From the human T2T-CHM13v2.0 reference genome, Homo sapiens, in the NCBI RefSeq assembly GCF_009914755.1, contig NC_060925.1: a stretch of DNA of 64,000 nt. One strand, written 5' to 3'. This document shows positions 59,301 to 64,000 of the stretch, piece after piece (positions within the stretch are counted from its first letter, which is position 1; the number at the start of each line of letters is the position of its first letter). Made by a program: the position numbers and the translations under genes. The notes under the pieces were generated by a model. The model worked only from the letters and a program-made list of their open reading frames with translations, did not search any database and was not told the DNA's origin.

Positions 59301-61725
59301 ATGGAATCGAATGGATTCATTGAATGGAATCAGATGGAATCATCGAATGGACTGGAATGGAATCATTGAATGGACTCGAAAGGGATCATGATTGAATGGA
59401 ATTGAATGGAATCATCGAATGGTCTCGATTGGAATCATTATCAAATGGAATCGAATGGAATCACCGAATAGAATCGAATGGAACAATCATCGAATGGACT
59501 CAAATGGAATTATCCTCAAATGGAATCGAATGGAATTATCGAATGCAATCGAATGGAATTATCGAATGCAATCGAATAGAATGATCGAATGGACTCGAAT
59601 GGAATCATCGAATGGAATGCAATGGAACAGTCAATGAACTCGAATGGAATCATCATTGAATGGAATCGAATGGAATCATCGATTGGAATCGAATGGAATT
59701 ATGATCAAATGGAATCGAATGTAATCCTCATCAAATGGAATCAAAAATAACCATCATCAATTGGTATTGAATGGAATTGTCATCAAATGGAATTCAAAGG
59801 AATCATCATCAAATGGAACCGAATGGAATCCTCATTGAATGGAAATGAAAGGGGTCATCATCTAATGGAATCGCATGGAATCATCATCAAATGGAATCGA
59901 ATGGAATCATCATCAAATGGAATCTAATGGAATCATTGAACAGAATTGAATGGAATCGTCATCGAATGAATTGAATGCAGTCATCGAATGGTCTCGAATG
60001 GAATCATCTTCTAATGGAAAGGAATGGAATCATCGCATAGAATCGAATGGAATTATCATCGAATGGAATCGAATGGTATCAACACCAAACGGAAAAAAAC
60101 GGAATTATCGAATGGAATCGAAGAGAATCTTCGAACGGACCCGAATGGAATCATCTAATGGAATGGAATGGAATAATCCATGGACTCGAATGCAATCATC
60201 ATCGAATGGAATCGAATGGAATCATCGAATGGACTCGAATGGAATAATCATTGAACGGAATCGAATGGAATCATCATCGGATGGAAACGAATGGAATCAT
60301 CATCGAATGGAAATGAAAGGAGTCATCATCTAATGGAATTGCATGGAATCATCATAAAATGGAATCGAATGGAATCAACATCAAATGGAATCAAATGGAA
60401 TCATTGAACGGAATTGAATGGAATCGTCATCGAATGAATTGACTGCAATCATCCAATGGTCTCGAATGGAATCATCTTCAAATGGAATGGAATGGAATCA
60501 TCGCATAGAATCGAATGGAATTATCATCGAATGGAATCGAATGGAATCAACATCAAACGGAAAAAAACGGAATTATCGAATGGAATCGAAGAGAATCATC
60601 GAATGGACCCGAATGGAATCATCTAATGGAATGGAATGGAATAATCCATGGACTCGAATGCAATCATCATCGAATGGAATCGAATGGAATCATCGAATGG
60701 ACTCGAATGGAATAATCATTGAACGGAATCGAATGGAATCATCATCGGATGGAAATGAATGGAATCATCATCGAATGGAATCGAATACAATTATGGAATG
60801 AAATCCAGTGTGATCATCATCGAATGGACCCGAATGGAATCATCATCCAACGGAAGCTAATGGAATCAACATCGAATGAATCAAATGGAAACACCATCGA
60901 ATTGAAACGAATGGAATTATCATGAAATTGAAATGGATGGACTCATCATCGAATGGATTCGAAAGGAATCATCGAATAAAATTGATTGAAATCATCATCG
61001 AATGGAATCGAATGGTATCATTGAATGGAATCGAATGGAATCATCATCAGATGGAAATGAATGGAATCGTCATAGAATGGAATCGAATGGATTCATTGAA
61101 TGGAATCAGATGGAATCATCCAATGGACTGGAATGGAATCATTGAATGGACTCGAAAGGGATCATGATTGAATGGAATTGAATGGAATCATCGAATGGTC
61201 TCGATTGGAATCATTATCAAATGGAATCGAATGGAATCACCGAATAGAATCGAATGGAACAATCATCGAATGGACTCAAATGGAATTATCCTCCAATGGA
61301 ATCGAATGGAATTATCGAATGCAATCGAATGGAATTATCGAATGCAATCGAATAGAATGATCGAATGGACTCGAATGGAATCATTGAATGGAATGGAATG
61401 GAACAGTCAATGAACTCGAATGGAATCATCATTGAATGGAATCGAATGGAATCATCGAGTGGAATCGAATGGAATTATGATCAAATGGAATCGAATGTAA
61501 TCATCATCAAATGGAATCAAAAATAACCATCATCAATTGCTATTGAATGGAACTGTCATCAAATGGAATTCAAAGGAATCATCATCAAATGGAACCGAAT
61601 GGAATCCTCATTGAATGGAAATGAAAGGGGTCATCATCTAATGGAATCGCATGGAATCATCATCAAATGGAATCGAATGGAATCATCATCAAATGGAATC
61701 TAATGGAATCATTGAACAGAATTGA

Positions 61726-62395
61726 ATGGAATCGTCATCGAATGAATTGAATGCAATCATCGAATGGTCTCGAATGGAATCATCTTCTAATGGAAAGGAA
61801 TGGAATCATCGCATAGAATCGAATGGAATTATCATCGAATGGAATCGAATGGTATCAACACCAAACGGAAAAAAACGGAATTATCGAATGGAATCGAAGA
61901 GAATCTTCGAACGGACCCGAATGGAATCATCTAATGGAATGGAATGGAATAATCCATGGACTCGAATGCAATCATCATCGAATGGAATCGAATGGAATCA
62001 TCGAATGGACTCGAATGGAATAATCATTGAACGGAATCGAATGGAATCATCATCGGATGGAAACGAATGGAATCATCGAATGAACTCGAATGGAATCATC
62101 ATTGAATGGAATCGAATGGAATCATCGAGTGGAATCGAATGGAATTATGATCAAATGGAATCGAATCTAATCATCATCAAATGGAATCAAAAATAACCAT
62201 CATCAATTGGTATTGAATGGAATTGTCATCAAATGGAATTCAAAGGAATCATCATCAAATGGAACCGAATGGAATCCTCATTGAATGGAAATGAAAGGGG
62301 TCATCATCTAATGGAATCGCATGGAATCATCATCAAATGGAATCGAATGGAATCATCATCAAATGGAATCTAATGGAATCATTGAACAGAATTGA
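61726..62395 (+). repeat. Truncated 670-bp unit (net 1,106-bp loss; junction at about 62064-62082)
   Basis: Consecutive A-subunit ORFs at 61726 and 62396 with no B subunit or early C between them. Junction sequence is GGAAACGAATGGAATCATCGAATGAACTC. Confidence 0.92.
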
Positions 62396-64000
62396 ATGGA
62401 ATCGTCATCGAATGAATTGAATGCAATCATCGAATGGTCTCGAATGGAATCATCTTCTAATGGAAAGGAATGGAATCATCGCATAGAATCGAATGGAATT
62501 ATCATCGAATGGAATCGAATGGTATCAACACCAAACGGAAAAAAACGGAATTATCGAATGGAATCGAAGAGAATCTTCGAACGGACCCGAATGGAATCAT
62601 CTAATGGAATGGAATGGAATAATCCATGGACTCGAATGCAATCATCATCGAATGGAATCGAATGGAATCATCGAATGGACTCGAATGGAATAATCATTGA
62701 ACGGAATCGAATGGAATCATCATCGGATGGAAACGAATGGAATCATCATCGAATGGAAATGAAAGGAGTCATCATCTAATGGAATTGCATGGAATCATCA
62801 TAAAATGGAATCGAATGGAATCAACATCAAATGGAATCAAATGGAATCATTGAAAGGAATTGAATGGAATCGTCATCGAATGAATTGACTGCAATCATCG
62901 AATGGTCTCGAATGGAATCATCTTCAAATGGAATGGAATGGAATCATCGCATAGAATCGAATGGAATTATCATCGAATGGAATCGAATGGAATCAACATC
63001 AAACGGAAAAAAACGGAATTATCGAATGGAATCAAAGAGAATCATCGAATGGACCCGAATGGAATCATCTAATGGAATGGAATGGAATAATCCATGGACT
63101 CGAATGCAATCATCATCGAATGGAATCGAATGGAATCATCGAATGGACTCGAATGGAATAATCATTGAACGGAATCGAATGGAATCATCATCGGATGGAA
63201 ATGAATGGAATCATCATCGAATGGAATGGAATAGAATTATGGAATGAAATCCAGTGTGATCATCATCGAATGGACCCGAATGGAATCATCATCCAACGGA
63301 AGCTAATGGAATCAACATCGAATGAATCGAATGGAAACACCATCGAATTGAAACGAATGGAATTATCATGAAATTGAAATGGATGGACTCATCATCGAAT
63401 GGATTCGAATGGAATCATCGAATAAAATTGATTGAAATCATCATCGAATGGAATCGAATGGTATCATTGAATGGAATCGAATGGAATCATCATCAGATGG
63501 AAATGAATGGAATCGTCATAGAATGGAATCGAATGGATTCATTGAATGGAATCAGATTGAATCATCGAATGGACTGGAATGGAATCATTGAATGGACTCG
63601 AAAGGGATCATTATTGAATGGAATTGAATGGAATCATCGAATGGTCTCGATTGGAATCATTATCAAATGGAATCGAATGGAATCACCGAATAGAATCGAA
63701 TGGAACAATCATCGAATGGACTCAAATGGAATTATCCTCAAATGGAATCGAATGGAATTATCGAATGCAATCGAATGGAATTATCGAATGCAATCGAATA
63801 GAATCATCGAATGGACTCGAATGGAATCATCGAATGGAATGGAATGGAACAGTCAATGAACACGAATGGAATCATCATTGAATGGAATCGAATGGAATCA
63901 TCGAGTGGAATCGAATGGAATTATGATCAAATGGAATCGAATGTAATCATCATCAAATGGAATCAAAAATAACCATCATCAATTGGTATTGAATGGAATT

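Larger units (their letters stand above)
1..64000 (+). repeat. Human Satellite II (HSat2/HSATII) pericentromeric tandem array with a 1,776-bp higher-order unit, likely the chr1q12 1.77-kb family
   Basis: Continuous GAATG/GAATC/CATC repeats with dense TCGA. The marker ORF (MESSSNELTA) recurs at 1864, 3640, 5416, 7192 and onward, exactly 1,776 bp apart. Once-per-unit landmarks include GAAATCCAGTGTGATC, GGAAGCTAATG, GGAACAGTCAATG and GAATTC. The reverse complement is the CATTC/CATTCGAT repeat that defines HSat2. Confidence 0.97.

Noticed and set aside
89-63881. About 250 short plus-strand ORFs (MESSSNE..., MELNGIIEW..., MKLKWMD...)
   Set aside because: They are translations of GAATG-rich repeat, which supplies many ATGs and few stops on this strand. 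They overlap in several frames, are low-complexity, and are freely broken by stops and frameshifts in sister units. There is no evidence of coding.
1-64000. CRISPR-like repeat/spacer arrangement or a novel prokaryotic system
   Set aside because: There are no unique spacers and no cas or other genes. The 23/26-bp monomers are contiguous and the whole pattern repeats every 1,776 bp.
1-64000. HSat3 or alpha satellite assignment
   Set aside because: Pure (GGAAT)n runs are only about 3 copies long and CATCATCGA-type monomers dominate, which indicates HSat2. There is no 171-bp periodicity and I saw no CENP-B box.
1-64000. Inversions, transposon (Alu/L1) insertions or non-satellite inserts
   Set aside because: None seen on reading: no CATTC-strand segments, poly-A tails or target-site duplications. 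All length anomalies are explained by internal duplications and deletions.

Overview
The whole 64 kb is human-type Satellite II (HSat2/HSATII): degenerate GGAAT/GAATC repeats built from 23- and 26-bp monomers (e.g. ATCATCGAATGGAATCGAATGGAATC). These form a head-to-tail 1,776-bp higher-order unit, about 36 copies, all in one orientation. The period, with one EcoRI site per unit, matches the classic 1.77-kb chr1q12 (D1Z1/pUC1.77, HSat2A-type) repeat; the chromosome assignment is inference. Each unit consists of subunit A (468 bp), subunit B (468 bp, about 3% diverged from A) and an 840-bp remainder C. I see no genes, RNA genes, transposons or CRISPR arrays, and I regard all listed ORFs as artefacts of the repeat. 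I found no new gene system. The signal of interest is in array evolution: several in-register duplications and deletions, a nascent 3,080-bp second-level repeat, a divergent +615-bp island at about 38 kb, one deletion junction that appears in two different rearranged units, gene-conversion patches between A and B, and blocks of shared variants. Offsets were derived from the ORF-track coordinates and by reading the sequence; difference counts are by eye.
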